From contig DAHVLZ010000009.1 of assembly GCA_027320085.1 (NCBI GenBank), forward strand, positions 192,001-256,000: a DNA stretch of 64,000 nucleotides. The letters are read 5' to 3'. The position numbers and the translations under genes are program-made. The notes beneath the pieces are model-generated. The model had not been told where the DNA came from and ran no database searches. It worked only from the letters and a program-made list of their open reading frames with translations. This document shows positions 19,001 through 28,949 of this stretch, one piece after another. This DNA is from Pseudomonadota bacterium. GTDB lineage: Bacteria; Pseudomonadota; Gammaproteobacteria; JAKAQQ01. The number at the start of each line of letters is the position of its first letter. Position 1 is the stretch's first letter.

Positions 19001-21255
19001 TCGCTCACGAAGGAGATGGAGGCACCCACGAAAGCGACTCGATCCGCACTGGTCGGCAGGGTATTATCAATCATCCGGTTGAGCAGGGATTCCACCTTCC
19101 AGGCATATTCTGCAACACGGAGTGCACCCGCCAGGCGCCCGCTCCCCTTGAGGGTATGGAACCCCCGTCGGATGGTGGTCCGAGGCCCGGTTTCCTCTTC
19201 TGGATTCTTGAGCCACATTTCATAGGAAACCTGGAGGCCGCGGACCACCTCGCGTGCTTCTTCCAGGAAAATCGGCACAATTTCCGGTTCGGCATCAGCT
19301 CGTAACACAACCAAGAGCTCGGGGGTACTGACCGACTCATCTCCAGCCGGGCGCTTTGCCCTTGCTGCCGGAAGTGGAGAAGTACTCGCTTCCGAATCTT
19401 TGGGCTGGGCTGGCTTCGGGGACACTCCCCCCCCCGAGGGCTCTTCACTGTGAAACGGAATCGGCTCCGCCACAGGCATGGCTTTCCCGGTTTCCTGCCC
19501 CGCCGGAGGTACAGGTTCCGTCACCCCATCCAGTATCGCGGGAGGCGCACCCCGACTCTCCGGCGATTCCTCTGGCATGGACTCCTCAGCGGTTCCTTCC
19601 GGGATTCCCGGAATCGCCTGCTCAAGAGCCGCAATGCAGCCCTCCGCATTATCCAGCATGGCCGAAAGTGTTCCGCGATTCAAACGGATGTTTTCGAGCC
19701 AGTACTCAATGCTGACAATGGCATCGGCAACCCGGTTGGCCAGTGATGTCGAGAGCCGGCGACCACGGGTCAGCCATCGATCGGGATCCAAGGCCAAATT
19801 CAGGCGGATGATCAGTTCGGCAACCGACTCGAAACCGGCGATTTGCAGAGCAGAGACGATTTCAGTCAACAGCGGGCGGACACCTTCTTGGAGAGTGGGC
19901 GCCTGATTGGGGTGGGAAATGAAATCGGCAACGATCTGCTTGACGCGGGACAAGTTGACGAGGACTTCCCGCACAACGAGAGAGCGGGCTCGGCCGTAGG
20001 CCTCGCGCTGGGCAGAACTGTCCGACAATTGCCGGGTTTTGCCCAGCAGGTTGATCTCATCCTCAAGCTGATCCTCGATCTGCAGCAGCACCGAGGCAAC
20101 CTGGAGCAGGGTGTTTTCGTGGCCCTTTGAGGTTCCCGTTGCCTGGTCCGACAAAAAATGACGTTGCCGATCCAAGCTTTCACTGAGATCACTGAGTCCC
20201 AGAACCGTGAGGGTATCACACACTTTTTTGAGTAGATCTGTAGCGGCCACCAGCTGGGCACTCTCCCTGAGCCCCCCCCGGACATAGAGGTCGATCCGAT
20301 CTTTGACCCGTCCCAAATCCTCACGGATGACCGATCCTACCGTCCTCAGGAGCGCCTGGCTGGGTCCCGAAAGATCGGCCGTCGAGGCCGACCAGTTGTC
20401 TTCCTTCGGTTCCGACCGCTGTGCGGAACGAATGGCCGTCACGCGTGAACCCGAAGAAGTGCTTCGTAGAACCTGTGTCCGGAGGCTTTGGTTAAGTTCC
20501 TGCAGGGATCGCTTCTGCTCCCCCTTTTTCTGAAGGTTATGCAGCTCTCTGTCGAGCCGTCCAATCAGCTGCTTGATTTCCGATGTTAGGAGGTGTCCCC
20601 CATCGCGAACCGATTCCAGAAACCCCCCAGCCAGCCACCAGAGCTCAAATTCAGCGGGGATCTGGGCTGCCGCCTCGATCTGCTGGGCCACCTTGATCAT
20701 GGTATTGACCGCATCCCGGTTGGATGGGTCGCGATAGAAGGATAAAAGGGCCGACTGGAATTGCGGTCGCAAGGCATGAGCCAACCGCCGGATATCATGG
20801 TCCGTGGTGGCTGCCGTTCGTTCGGCAAATCTTAGTTCCATGGTGAGATTTTCACTGTCGAGCGGCGCATTCCCAATGCTGGTCCGCAATGCGTTGATCT
20901 GCGGCAGCAACATGCGGACCGAGTCGCGCCGGGTTCCGGCCACCCGTTCGAGATACATGGGAAGCTGCATCAATGCCCGCGTCACCTGTTCGAGTACCGG
21001 TTCTTGGGGTGGTTCCTCTTGTTCCTTGAGTACCCGCAATACCCGCTCGATTTCCTGGGTCAGGAGCGCACCCCCGCTGATTCCCACAACCTGCAGGACA
21101 CCCCGGATTTCATGAAGATCGGTGAGACAGCGTCCAAGCGCTTCTTTCTGGCCAGGATCCTGTGTAAAGGACTCCCACCCAAGACGCACCCGAGCCAAGG
21201 AGTTTTCTAACTCGTCCTTGACCCAGAGGATCGCTTGTGACGCGGGAATCGACAT
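16027..21255 (-). CDS. chpA: Pil-Chp CheA-like kinase with multiple HPt, HATPase, CheW and REC domains
   Basis: HTLKGSG and HTLKGGA HPt motifs, FDPLELDRY, LEHMVRNA..HGIE, GRGVGMDVV, C-terminal REC. Confidence 0.95.
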   Translation of the reverse strand: MSIPASQAILWVKDELENSLARVRLGWESFTQDPGQKEALGRCLTDLHEIRGVLQVVGISGGALLTQEIERVLRVLKEQEEPPQEPVLEQVTRALMQLPMYLERVAGTRRDSVRMLLPQINALRTSIGNAPLDSENLTMELRFAERTAATTDHDIRRLAHALRPQFQSALLSFYRDPSNRDAVNTMIKVAQQIEAAAQIPAEFELWWLAGGFLESVRDGGHLLTSEIKQLIGRLDRELHNLQKKGEQKRSLQELNQSLRTQVLRSTSSGSRVTAIRSAQRSEPKEDNWSASTADLSGPSQALLRTVGSVIREDLGRVKDRIDLYVRGGLRESAQLVAATDLLKKVCDTLTVLGLSDLSESLDRQRHFLSDQATGTSKGHENTLLQVASVLLQIEDQLEDEINLLGKTRQLSDSSAQREAYGRARSLVVREVLVNLSRVKQIVADFISHPNQAPTLQEGVRPLLTEIVSALQIAGFESVAELIIRLNLALDPDRWLTRGRRLSTSLANRVADAIVSIEYWLENIRLNRGTLSAMLDNAEGCIAALEQAIPGIPEGTAEESMPEESPESRGAPPAILDGVTEPVPPAGQETGKAMPVAEPIPFHSEEPSGGGVSPKPAQPKDSEASTSPLPAARAKRPAGDESVSTPELLVVLRADAEPEIVPIFLEEAREVVRGLQVSYEMWLKNPEEETGPRTTIRRGFHTLKGSGRLAGALRVAEYAWKVESLLNRMIDNTLPTSADRVAFVGASISFVSELIKELEQGKARLPDYVERFRRAEALISREDLEPEVTPAPVPRIDPALYGIFRDEARHHMAVLREWLGSPQIPVPFSVSKAAHTLNGISQMAQLEEMVQLFEPINHYFEALAYGLLPFAETDRDRLLRSLNTAEQCVGAYGNRQDLLPAVEPLHVEWQVVVGGSRSTLPESGGSPAKTGEAGEKASQPPSIPVSPRLPDPSGPSGRSSSEIQVVFLEEARELLEETVPLLETGTDNLRPDQLSHLKRTLHTLKGGARIANFQAIASLAHELESVLDWATLHWDEVARDQLGELIQSAIGSLHQMLAQARQGQVPREDRRLMTSLARFMTTAFEDSSAEVQTSESTPRMGPEDQEAVQAAGPDLAAPQPGQPAPSSTVVRVRAELLDQALNEAGEVGIYRARLEEQVNSIAFNLAEHARTVERLREQLRRLELETEAQMLARRPQETIESHAGFDPLELDRYTRVQELSRALAESVNDLNSLQHLLDNLIRESSTLLLQQGRVNTVLQDNLMRGRLVSVQSVAPRLERVVERTAREAGKQARMLVQGTEAELDRRVLDRLVAPLEHMVRNAVFHGIESPERRQTLGKNPAGQIALTFRREGPEVIIEVADDGAGLNFQAIRDKAIEMDLIPPGQEPSQDDLIQMIFRPGFSTARTLTQTAGRGVGMDVVSAEIRDLAGTVEVTSETGHGTRMLIRLPFTLAISQSLLVTAGTGQYAVPLHSIEGVGRMTTREYEEVIQKENPVYLYGGRSYRIMPLLHALGRPTEGASGTEIVSLLLARGGDDYRAFAVDTLIGSREIVVKPLGIQMASIPGISGATILGDGSIIFVLDPVGLVRALRRRSVVPDVAAVVASAAQPRQRGLVLVVDDSITMRRVSQRFLERSGIEVMTAKDGVDALMLLGERVPDVALVDIEMPRMDGFELSTRIRADERLHSLPIVIITSRSGEKHRQRAQEIGVNAYLPKPYREEELLETLHRLRPDRFSAIEKTSGDDS

Positions 21256-21270
21256 GGACGTGGCCGCTTA

Positions 21271-23430
21271 TTAACTCGAGCCCACTGACAATTCGTTCAG
21301 GAAGACCTCCTCATTCAGTTCAGGAGGCGAGTGGGTGTCCGCTTCCGACTGCGCCAATGAGTGGCCAGCCAGTTTCTGATCCTCCTGGGCTTCAGGTTCC
21401 AGCTCGTCCGGAAGCTTGAAGCCAGAAACGGTCTGGCGCAAGGTGCCCGCCAGCTCGGCCAGCTGACCAATATCACGCGCGGTCGCCTCGGTACCCTCCG
21501 CAGTCTGGGCTGTGATCTCCTGAATGACATTCATGGTTCGAGCCACGTCCTGAGAGGCATTGGCCTGGTGTACGGAAGCATCCGAGATACTCTGCACTAG
21601 TTTGGCCATGTGGCCAGAGACGGTCTCGATCTCTGTCAGGGCTCGTCCGGCATTCTCCGCGAGCTGAGCCCCGCTCACCACACCTGACGTGCTTTTTTCC
21701 ATCGAACTCACCGCCTCTCCCGTATCCGTCTGAATGGTTCGCACCAGAGTTTCGATCTGGCGCGTTGCATTTCCCACTCGTTCGGCCAGTCGCTGGACTT
21801 CGTCAGCCACGACCGCGAAGCCACGGCCCGCTTCACCGGCCATGGAGGCCTGGATTGCCGCGTTCAAGGCGAGGATATTGGTTTGTTCCGCAATGTCATT
21901 AATAAGTTCCACGATATCGCCGATTTCCTGGGAACTTTCGCCGAGACGCTTGATCCGCTTTGCGGTTTCCTGAATAGTGTCGCGGATAGTGTTCATACCC
22001 TCGATCGTGGCCCGCACCGCATTGGCTCCACGGTTCGCAATTCCGACTGATCTTTGGGCGACCTCTGCGGATCGCTTGGCGTTGAGAGAGACCTGCTCGA
22101 TGGACTTGGTCATTGCTGCGATTTGCTCGCCTGCCTGTGCAATCTGACGTGTTTGGTGCAAGCTCGCATCGGCCAGGTGGTTGGCCGTTGCCCGTGTCCG
22201 GCGAGCAGCATTGTCAACCTGAACAGCCGTCTGGTTGATCGTTCGAACCAGTTCCCGAAGCTGATCAACGGCGAAGTTCACCGAATCCGCGATGGCCCCC
22301 GTAATGGCCTCAGTCACCGAAGCCTGCACCGTGAGATCACCATCCGAAAGGCCCGCCAACTCGTCGAGCAACTTGAGAATAGCGGACTGGTTGCGCTGGA
22401 CCTCGGTATCCCGGATCCGCCGGGTGGCCATAAGGTTCCCGATCAACGCGTTGACGTAGAAAAGCAGCAGCAGCAGAACCAGTCCTGCAGCGAGCAATGC
22501 CCACCCGTAGACGGAGCGATAGATCTGGCTCGCATGAGATAGCTGCAGGCGACTTTGTTCGCGATGTGAAACGACCGCCAGGCTATTGGACAAAAATCCG
22601 ATCGAAGAAAGCTGGTGGAAGAAACGTCGGGCTTGGATCGCGTTTCTTTCAACCGTTGTGAGACTGAGCATCCACGGCACAAACAGGTTTTCGGCTCTGT
22701 TGAGGGTCGGGCGCAGGGTGCCATTGAACGCCTCTCCTACCAGTCCCAGTCGGCGCGATCCATGCAGGATTCCGTTCTGGACTTGGGCGATGAACCGTCC
22801 GTTGCCGAACACTGAATTCAACAGTACGGCCGGATGCCTGACCGGGTGCTCCAAATCATCAAGGGCCCGCTCCATAAGCCCTGCCCGGCGGATCAACGAC
22901 CCTAGAAGTGCCACGTCATGTGGCGGGGCCCCAACCCGTCCCATGAGGTGATCAAGATGACGCCAGGTGAGTAGCAGCAGGGGGAGTCCCGTCCGGACGT
23001 TGACAAGGGCTGAAGCGATCCTCCGGTTGACGGTCGTTTTGGCCTTGATCTGACCCAAGGTCCGGTTGAACAGTGCGCCACCCCCCGCCAATTCAACGAG
23101 TGCGGTCCCGAGTGTTCCCCGGGCCGGTGGAAGACCGATCGCGGGGTGACCATTTTCGAGCTGGTTCAGGATTCTCGTGTAGGCCAGCTGCTCAGCCTCG
23201 AGATGGGCCAACACATGACGTTTCCCTGCGAGAATCTGCCTGACGGCCCCACGGGCGGATCCCAGATGGGCCGAAACCTGCTGAAGCAGATTCTCCTGGA
23301 GCCGTTCGGCCTTGTGGCTCTGGTAGACCTGGAAAAGATCCCAACCCCCAGCCGCGAACAGAATCACGCACAGGCCGGCAAGCACATAGACCGACCTTCT
23401 AGAAACCGGCTTTAGCTTCACTTCTGCCAT
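21271..23430 (-). CDS. pilJ: Methyl-accepting chemotaxis protein PilJ
   Basis: [48 protein letters not shown]. Confidence 0.95.
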   Translation of the reverse strand: MAEVKLKPVSRRSVYVLAGLCVILFAAGGWDLFQVYQSHKAERLQENLLQQVSAHLGSARGAVRQILAGKRHVLAHLEAEQLAYTRILNQLENGHPAIGLPPARGTLGTALVELAGGGALFNRTLGQIKAKTTVNRRIASALVNVRTGLPLLLLTWRHLDHLMGRVGAPPHDVALLGSLIRRAGLMERALDDLEHPVRHPAVLLNSVFGNGRFIAQVQNGILHGSRRLGLVGEAFNGTLRPTLNRAENLFVPWMLSLTTVERNAIQARRFFHQLSSIGFLSNSLAVVSHREQSRLQLSHASQIYRSVYGWALLAAGLVLLLLLFYVNALIGNLMATRRIRDTEVQRNQSAILKLLDELAGLSDGDLTVQASVTEAITGAIADSVNFAVDQLRELVRTINQTAVQVDNAARRTRATANHLADASLHQTRQIAQAGEQIAAMTKSIEQVSLNAKRSAEVAQRSVGIANRGANAVRATIEGMNTIRDTIQETAKRIKRLGESSQEIGDIVELINDIAEQTNILALNAAIQASMAGEAGRGFAVVADEVQRLAERVGNATRQIETLVRTIQTDTGEAVSSMEKSTSGVVSGAQLAENAGRALTEIETVSGHMAKLVQSISDASVHQANASQDVARTMNVIQEITAQTAEGTEATARDIGQLAELAGTLRQTVSGFKLPDELEPEAQEDQKLAGHSLAQSEADTHSPPELNEEVFLNELSVGSS

Positions 23431-23488
23431 GACACACCTCGATTTTCAAATTCTCCGGACACTGTCATGCTCCCCTCGACGATGATAA

Positions 23489-24046
23489 CTAACCGGCAGC
23501 TGCATCGAGAAATGCAGTGCTTTCGATAAGAGCCCGGAGATCCAGATGCTGGTACAACTGCTCCTCCAGCCGGTAGCTACCCCTCACCCAAGCTTGCAAC
23601 AGATCTTCACGGACTACCGGAACCCGAGCCGATTCCCGAACCGTCCGGAAACCACGCACCTCATCAACCAAAAGGCCCACTGGGTTGCGTTCGTGATTGA
23701 TGCGAACGAGACGAGTCAATCGCATGAGTGCGATCGGATGCCCTCCCGCAAAGAACGACAGATCAGTAACCGGAACAATCTGCCCGCCCACGTTCACAAC
23801 CCCGACCAGCCAGGGCTTGGCACCCGGAACCGGAGTCAGCGCGGGTGGAACCAGTACTTCACGAACGTTTTCTCGTTCCGTGAGGTAAGACTGGCGGCCA
23901 ACCCGGAATGCGAGCCCTGACCACTCCCGGAGCGTTGTACTGGCCGTTCCATCCGTGCCAGCAGATGCTACCGCCCGTGCCCGGGTCTCGAGCGCCTTGA
24001 GCCGGGCAAAGGGAGTGAGGGGTCCGGAGGTGGATTCAGGGGGCAC
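23489..24046 (-). CDS. pilI: CheW-like protein PilI (GTG start inferred)
   Basis: TPVPGAKPWLVGVVNV.G, GLLVDEV.G; lies between pilH and pilJ. Confidence 0.9.
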   Translation of the reverse strand: MPPESTSGPLTPFARLKALETRARAVASAGTDGTASTTLREWSGLAFRVGRQSYLTERENVREVLVPPALTPVPGAKPWLVGVVNVGGQIVPVTDLSFFAGGHPIALMRLTRLVRINHERNPVGLLVDEVRGFRTVRESARVPVVREDLLQAWVRGSYRLEEQLYQHLDLRALIESTAFLDAAAG

Positions 24047-24419
24047 GCTTCCCTCCTCCTGCCAGAACATTCCTGATGGACTCAAGCAGAACCTGCTCCT
24101 TGACCGGCTTGGCCAAGTATTCGACCGCACCCTGCCGGAGACCCCAAACCCGGTCGGTCTGCTGTGACTTGTTGCTTACGACAATAACCGGGATGTGTTT
24201 GGTTTCCGGATTCTGGGTAATCTGACGAGTCGCCTGGAATCCATTGATGCCGGGCATGACGACATCCATCAAGATGACATCGGGCTTCTCGGTCCGGGCA
24301 GTTTCAATGGCTTCCACTCCATTCGTTGCCGTAATCACCGCGTGTCCTCCTTTTTGCAAGGCGGCCTTGAGAAGGTGGACCTCGGTGGGCGAATCATCCA
24401 CAACCAGTATTTTTGCCAT
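24036..24419 (-). CDS. pilH: Response regulator PilH
   Basis: MAKILVVDDSPT, MDVVMPG.NGFQATR, DRVWG.RQGA. Confidence 0.95.
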   Translation of the reverse strand: MAKILVVDDSPTEVHLLKAALQKGGHAVITATNGVEAIETARTEKPDVILMDVVMPGINGFQATRQITQNPETKHIPVIVVSNKSQQTDRVWGLRQGAVEYLAKPVKEQVLLESIRNVLAGGGKRAP

Positions 24420-24425
24420 TCGTGC

Positions 24426-24899
24426 TTACCTCGTAATAGGACCCGTATTGGACTCTCTCGCCTGGGCAGTCACGGGGCCTTGGGGCGCGGCGAAGTTGGT
24501 GATGGCCGACAGCAGATCCTCCCGCCCAAAAGGTTTGGTCAGGTACTGCTCGGCACCACAGATTCGACCCCGTGCAATATCGAAAAGCCCATCCTTGCTG
24601 GACAACATGATGATCGGGATTTTCTTGAATTGCTGGTTGTTCTTGATGAGCACACAGGTCTCGTATCCATCCAAGCGGGGCATCATCACGTCGACAAAAA
24701 TGATGTCCGGAGAGAGGTCGGCCACTTTGGCCAAAGCCTCGAAGCCATCAGCTGCTGTTGCCACCTCACAACCCGCCGAGTGGAGCATGTTCTCGGCGCT
24801 CGTCCTCACCGTTCGGCTATCATCGACAATCAGAACCTTGAGGCCCTTGAGGTGGGGAGCGGTTGTTTCGCTTCCGGAAGGACTATTCATCTGTTGCAA
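24426..24899 (-). CDS. pilG: Response regulator PilG
   Basis: DGYETCVLIKNN, MLSSKDGLFD.ARGRI.G..YLTKPF. Confidence 0.95.
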   Translation of the reverse strand: MQQMNSPSGSETTAPHLKGLKVLIVDDSRTVRTSAENMLHSAGCEVATAADGFEALAKVADLSPDIIFVDVMMPRLDGYETCVLIKNNQQFKKIPIIMLSSKDGLFDIARGRICGAEQYLTKPFGREDLLSAITNFAAPQGPVTAQARESNTGPITR

Positions 24900-25007
24900 T
24901 CCCCTCCATATCAGGGCCTTTTGTGCCAGGGGCAGGCCCCCTTCTTACTTTTTACCATAAATTTGCCGCATAATCCATTGATCGGTAACCGCCTTTAGCC
25001 CCCCCCT

Positions 25008-25991
25008 ATGCCACCCCCCGCACCCCGTCTCGGCGTCCTCATGGATGCAATCGAATCCATCCGGCCGGAAAAGGACACTACCCTGCTTCTTTTGCTGGCC
25101 GCCCAAAAAAGGGGATTTGGCTTGGTTTATTTCGAACAAGGCGATCTCTATGCCCTGAATGGCCAGACATGGGGATCCGGCCGGGCACTCTCTGTTTTCG
25201 ACCGCACCGACCACTATTTTGAACTCGATCCAGAACCCGAACCGGTCCCACTGGCTACGCTTTCGGCCTTTCTCATGCGCAAGGATCCCCCTGCCGATTT
25301 GGATTACCTCTATACCAACCTGCTCTTGCAACATGCCGAGCATCAGGGACTGCGGATTATCAATTCTCCAGCGGCTCTTCTTCAAACTAACGAAAAACTG
25401 GCCATCCTGGATTTCCCCGACCTCATCCCCCCGACTCTCGTGACGTGCTCACTGCCCCGGTTGATTGGCTTTATCGAACAACACGAGCAGGTTGTTTTGA
25501 AACCTCTTGATGGTATGGGAGGATCCCGGGTGTTTACCGTTGCTGCAGGGGACCTTAACCGCCGTGTTATAGCGGAGGTCCTGACTGGTGAAGGACGCCA
25601 CCCAGTCATGGCTCAGCGCTATATCCCAGAGATCCGGACACATGGGGACAAACGCATTCTGCTAGTCAACGGCCAGCCGGTTCCTTATGCGCTGGCTCGC
25701 TTGCCGGCGCCAGGCGAGGCACGCGGCAATCTGGCCCGCGGTGGAACAGCCCGCGGAGTCGAACTGAGTGCCAGGGACCGGGCCATCTGTGCCCAAGTGG
25801 GACCGGTGCTGGCCGGGTCCGGCCACTGGTTCGTGGGACTGGATGTCATCGGTGATTATCTGACCGAAATCAATGTGACTAGCCCCACCTGCGCACGCGA
25901 ACTCGATCATCTCTACGGTCTCGATATCGGGGGCCAGCTCATTGACCTACTCATTCGAACACTGCCCCCCCCGTTTCAACCCAACCCATAA
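25008..25991 (+). CDS. gshB: Glutathione synthetase
   Basis: KDTT, MRKDPP, KPLDGMGG, GDKRI, EINVTSPT. Confidence 0.96.
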   Translation: MPPPAPRLGVLMDAIESIRPEKDTTLLLLLAAQKRGFGLVYFEQGDLYALNGQTWGSGRALSVFDRTDHYFELDPEPEPVPLATLSAFLMRKDPPADLDYLYTNLLLQHAEHQGLRIINSPAALLQTNEKLAILDFPDLIPPTLVTCSLPRLIGFIEQHEQVVLKPLDGMGGSRVFTVAAGDLNRRVIAEVLTGEGRHPVMAQRYIPEIRTHGDKRILLVNGQPVPYALARLPAPGEARGNLARGGTARGVELSARDRAICAQVGPVLAGSGHWFVGLDVIGDYLTEINVTSPTCARELDHLYGLDIGGQLIDLLIRTLPPPFQPNP

Positions 25992-26006
25992 TCCGGACCT
26001 GCCGAC

Positions 26007-26963
26007 GTGCTTGGACCCCACCCCACCCCCAACCCACGACAAGAGCCAGGCCCCTCCTTGCTGCCACTTTCCAGAACCCGTTCGATGGAAAGGGTCCTCC
26101 ATCTCAGTTTCCTCATCACGGCCTTCGAGGCGATCGTCATCCTAGGGGTGAGCTTTCGCACACAAAACCCTTTCCGTCCCGTCATGCATCCACTATCGGT
26201 AACCGTAGTCGATACCCGAAGCCACCGGAGTCCCCATGCAGTCACGGTCTATGCCCAGAATCGCTCGCGGGGCGGAGGAAACCGGATCCAGCACCTTTTA
26301 CACGCGGCCTTCTTGCCTTCTGGGCAAATCAACCAATCCGGAGTCCGGCAGGGTTCCGGGATCCGGAACGTCCGAGCGGGATACCAAAAGGCCCAGCCGG
26401 GGGACAACCCGAGCCGACAGACAAGGCATGGCCAGAGCCCTATAATCGTCTCCCGCCGGGATACCGCTCGGCTTGTCAGGTCTGGCACCCGCGGGAACCC
26501 TGCTTCCTCTACCGAAGTTCTGGATGTCCGAGAGCTTAGGATTGCCTCAGATGCTAAGCTTCCCCCTGCCGCCGATCCTTTCCGCCGGAAATCCGGTTCT
26601 GATCGGATTCATCCGCATTCCCTCCCTTCCATCGCTGCCCGATCGCTGGTTCTCGCCCGTTACCTTGATCAGTGGCGCCGCCGGGTTGAACGGATTGGGA
26701 ACCAGCTGCTCGAGCACCGGGGGTCTTTGGCCGATTTCCGGGGCCATCTTCTACTGGCCGTAAGTCTCCGTGCCAATGGCTCCATTGCCAACATCCACTT
26801 CATGAGGGCATCTCATAACCAGAACCTCAACCTACTGGCCTTGGAAACCCTCCACCGAGCGGAACCCTTCCCACCGCTACCTACCCGTCAAAGACAACGG
26901 ACCCTGCATTTCGTCTACGAATGGGTTTTTTCCCAGAACACCCTAAGAACAGATACCCCGTAG
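26007..26963 (+). CDS. TonB family protein (TonB3-like; start may be 26085)
   Basis: N-terminal TM, YLDQWRRRVERIGN, AEPFPPLP; gshB-tonB-yqgE synteny. Confidence 0.8.
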   Translation: MLGPHPTPNPRQEPGPSLLPLSRTRSMERVLHLSFLITAFEAIVILGVSFRTQNPFRPVMHPLSVTVVDTRSHRSPHAVTVYAQNRSRGGGNRIQHLLHAAFLPSGQINQSGVRQGSGIRNVRAGYQKAQPGDNPSRQTRHGQSPIIVSRRDTARLVRSGTRGNPASSTEVLDVRELRIASDAKLPPAADPFRRKSGSDRIHPHSLPSIAARSLVLARYLDQWRRRVERIGNQLLEHRGSLADFRGHLLLAVSLRANGSIANIHFMRASHNQNLNLLALETLHRAEPFPPLPTRQRQRTLHFVYEWVFSQNTLRTDTP

Positions 26964-27017
26964 TTCAAATGCCCAGCGGCCGGCAAGACCCTGCCCTGTC
27001 CCGATATACTATGTGCC

Positions 27018-27578
27018 ATGAAACAGGATTTCCTGACCGGCAACCTCCTGCTGGCCATGCCGAACCTAGCAGACGCTAATTTTATCCAGTCCGTCACTTT
27101 GGTTTGCCTGCATACCCCGCAGATGGCCCTGGGGCTGGTCGTCAATCGGCCAACTAACCTGACCTTGGGATCGTTGTTCGGCCATTTATCCCTCAAGAGC
27201 GTCCGATCAGAGATCCTGGACCAGCCGGTTTACCAGGGAGGACCCGTCCAAACCGAACGAGGGTTCATTCTGCATTCCCCGGACTGCAGCGGAGAATCGA
27301 CGCAACGGATTAATGACCAGCTCTCGATGAGCAGTTCCCGCGACGTACTGGATGCCATTGCCCGGGGGGAAGGGCCAAACCGCTTTCTCGTCACTTTGGG
27401 TTACGCAGGGTGGGAGTCGGGTCAGCTCGAACGTGAAATCAGTGAAAATGCCTGGCTCTCAAGCCCGGTTGATCCGGATCTCATCTTTACCCTTCCGCCC
27501 GAAAAGAGATGGGCCGTGGCGGCCGAGCGGATCGGTGTCCGTATGGATCATTTGAGCATCGATGCCGGACACGCCTGA
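27018..27578 (+). CDS. yqgE: YqgE/AlgH family protein
   Basis: LLAMP, GLVVNRP, GGPVQTERGFILH, LGYAGW..GQLE.E..NAW. Confidence 0.95.
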   Translation: MKQDFLTGNLLLAMPNLADANFIQSVTLVCLHTPQMALGLVVNRPTNLTLGSLFGHLSLKSVRSEILDQPVYQGGPVQTERGFILHSPDCSGESTQRINDQLSMSSSRDVLDAIARGEGPNRFLVTLGYAGWESGQLEREISENAWLSSPVDPDLIFTLPPEKRWAVAAERIGVRMDHLSIDAGHA

Positions 27579-28005
27579 CCAGACGCTCCTGGCGCTTGAT
27601 TACGGTCTTAAGAACATTGGTGTTGCCATCGGAAGCCGGCGGAGCGGTAGCGCTCAGCCGCTCACAACGCTCCATGTGGACCGCAATGGCTTTCCATGGC
27701 CCGCACTCGACCGGCTCATTGCCCAGTGGAGTCCGGATCTCCTGATTGTGGGCGTCATTCCCGATGCCCAAGGACCATTTGCGACATCGCTCTCAGATTT
27801 TCTCGTCCGTCTGGGGACCCGATATCCGTTGCCGGTCTGCTCGTGGGATGAGCGGGAAACCTCCGAAGTCGCACAGCTTGAGATTCGCGAACGGCGTGCT
27901 GACGGCCGACAAAAACGCAGGCGCTCTCCGCACTTCCAGGACGCGGTTGCCGCCTGTCTCCTGATCGAGTCCTACCTCGCTCACCCGGTGGTGGCATGCC
28001 GGTGA
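27562..28005 (+). CDS. yqgF: Pre-16S rRNA nuclease YqgF/RuvX
   Basis: LALDYG...IGVA, DER.TS, DAVAA..I.ES. Confidence 0.9.
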   Translation: MPDTPDQTLLALDYGLKNIGVAIGSRRSGSAQPLTTLHVDRNGFPWPALDRLIAQWSPDLLIVGVIPDAQGPFATSLSDFLVRLGTRYPLPVCSWDERETSEVAQLEIRERRADGRQKRRRSPHFQDAVAACLLIESYLAHPVVACR

Positions 28006-28949
28006 ATTTACCCGCCCCATCCCAAGTTGACCGGACAGGGAAGCTATGTCACCTGATCACGCTGGAAGGACTGGCCCGCGAAACGGTCGAATCCATTCTC
28101 GACCGTGCCCGCTTCCACCTTCGGCCGGACCGGATCCAATCCACCGGGCGCGCAGCAGCCGCTTCCGCCCTTCTGTTCTGCGAACCCAGCACGCGAACGC
28201 GAGCCTCGTTCGAACTCGCCGCAGTGAAGCTTGGTCACCACGTCACGAACCTCGAACCTGACCACTCTTCCCTAGCCAAGTCCGAAACCATCTCTGAAAC
28301 AGCTGCAACCCTGGAAGCAATGGGTTTTAGCTTCCTGGTCTTGCGACATGGTGATTCGGAATCCGCCCTGTCGCTCGTTCATCCGCTGGACCGCCCGCTT
28401 CATTGCATTTCGGGTGGCACCGGGCAATGGTCCCATCCGAGTCAAGGACTGCTCGATCTTTTTACAGTCTGCGACCATTTCCCTGTTTCTGAGCTTGGGG
28501 CTCTGAGCGTCGCCATCATTGGAGATATCCGTCACTCCCGCGTTGCCCGTTCGACCTTCGTTGCCCTCCGTCTCTTCGGCGTCAGGGATATTCGGCTGTG
28601 CGCTCCTCCAGGCCTAGAACCGGAACCTGGAGAATTCCCGGAGACCGGACTTTACCCGCTGGAGGACGCCTTGCGTGGGGTCAAGCTTGTGATCGCCCTG
28701 CGCCTTCAGCGCGAACGGATCACAGATACCCTGCAACTGGATCCGTCCCGTTACAGCGAAGCCTACGGAGTAACTCGGGAACGGCTCAAGCTCTGTGCCC
28801 CGCACGTGCGTCTCATGCATCCCGGTCCGGTTATGCCAGACGTGGAACTGGCAAGGGAACTGATCGAGAGCCCTTTTTCCCTCATCCGGGAACAGGTTCG
28901 GAATGGCGTTCTGGTACGGATGGCGATCTTTGAGGAGCTGGCGGGATGA
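27996..28949 (+). CDS. pyrB: Aspartate carbamoyltransferase catalytic subunit
   Basis: EPSTRTRASFE, HPSQGLLD, GDIRHSRVARS, RLQRER, MHPGP. Confidence 0.93.
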   Translation: MPVNLPAPSQVDRTGKLCHLITLEGLARETVESILDRARFHLRPDRIQSTGRAAAASALLFCEPSTRTRASFELAAVKLGHHVTNLEPDHSSLAKSETISETAATLEAMGFSFLVLRHGDSESALSLVHPLDRPLHCISGGTGQWSHPSQGLLDLFTVCDHFPVSELGALSVAIIGDIRHSRVARSTFVALRLFGVRDIRLCAPPGLEPEPGEFPETGLYPLEDALRGVKLVIALRLQRERITDTLQLDPSRYSEAYGVTRERLKLCAPHVRLMHPGPVMPDVELARELIESPFSLIREQVRNGVLVRMAIFEELAG

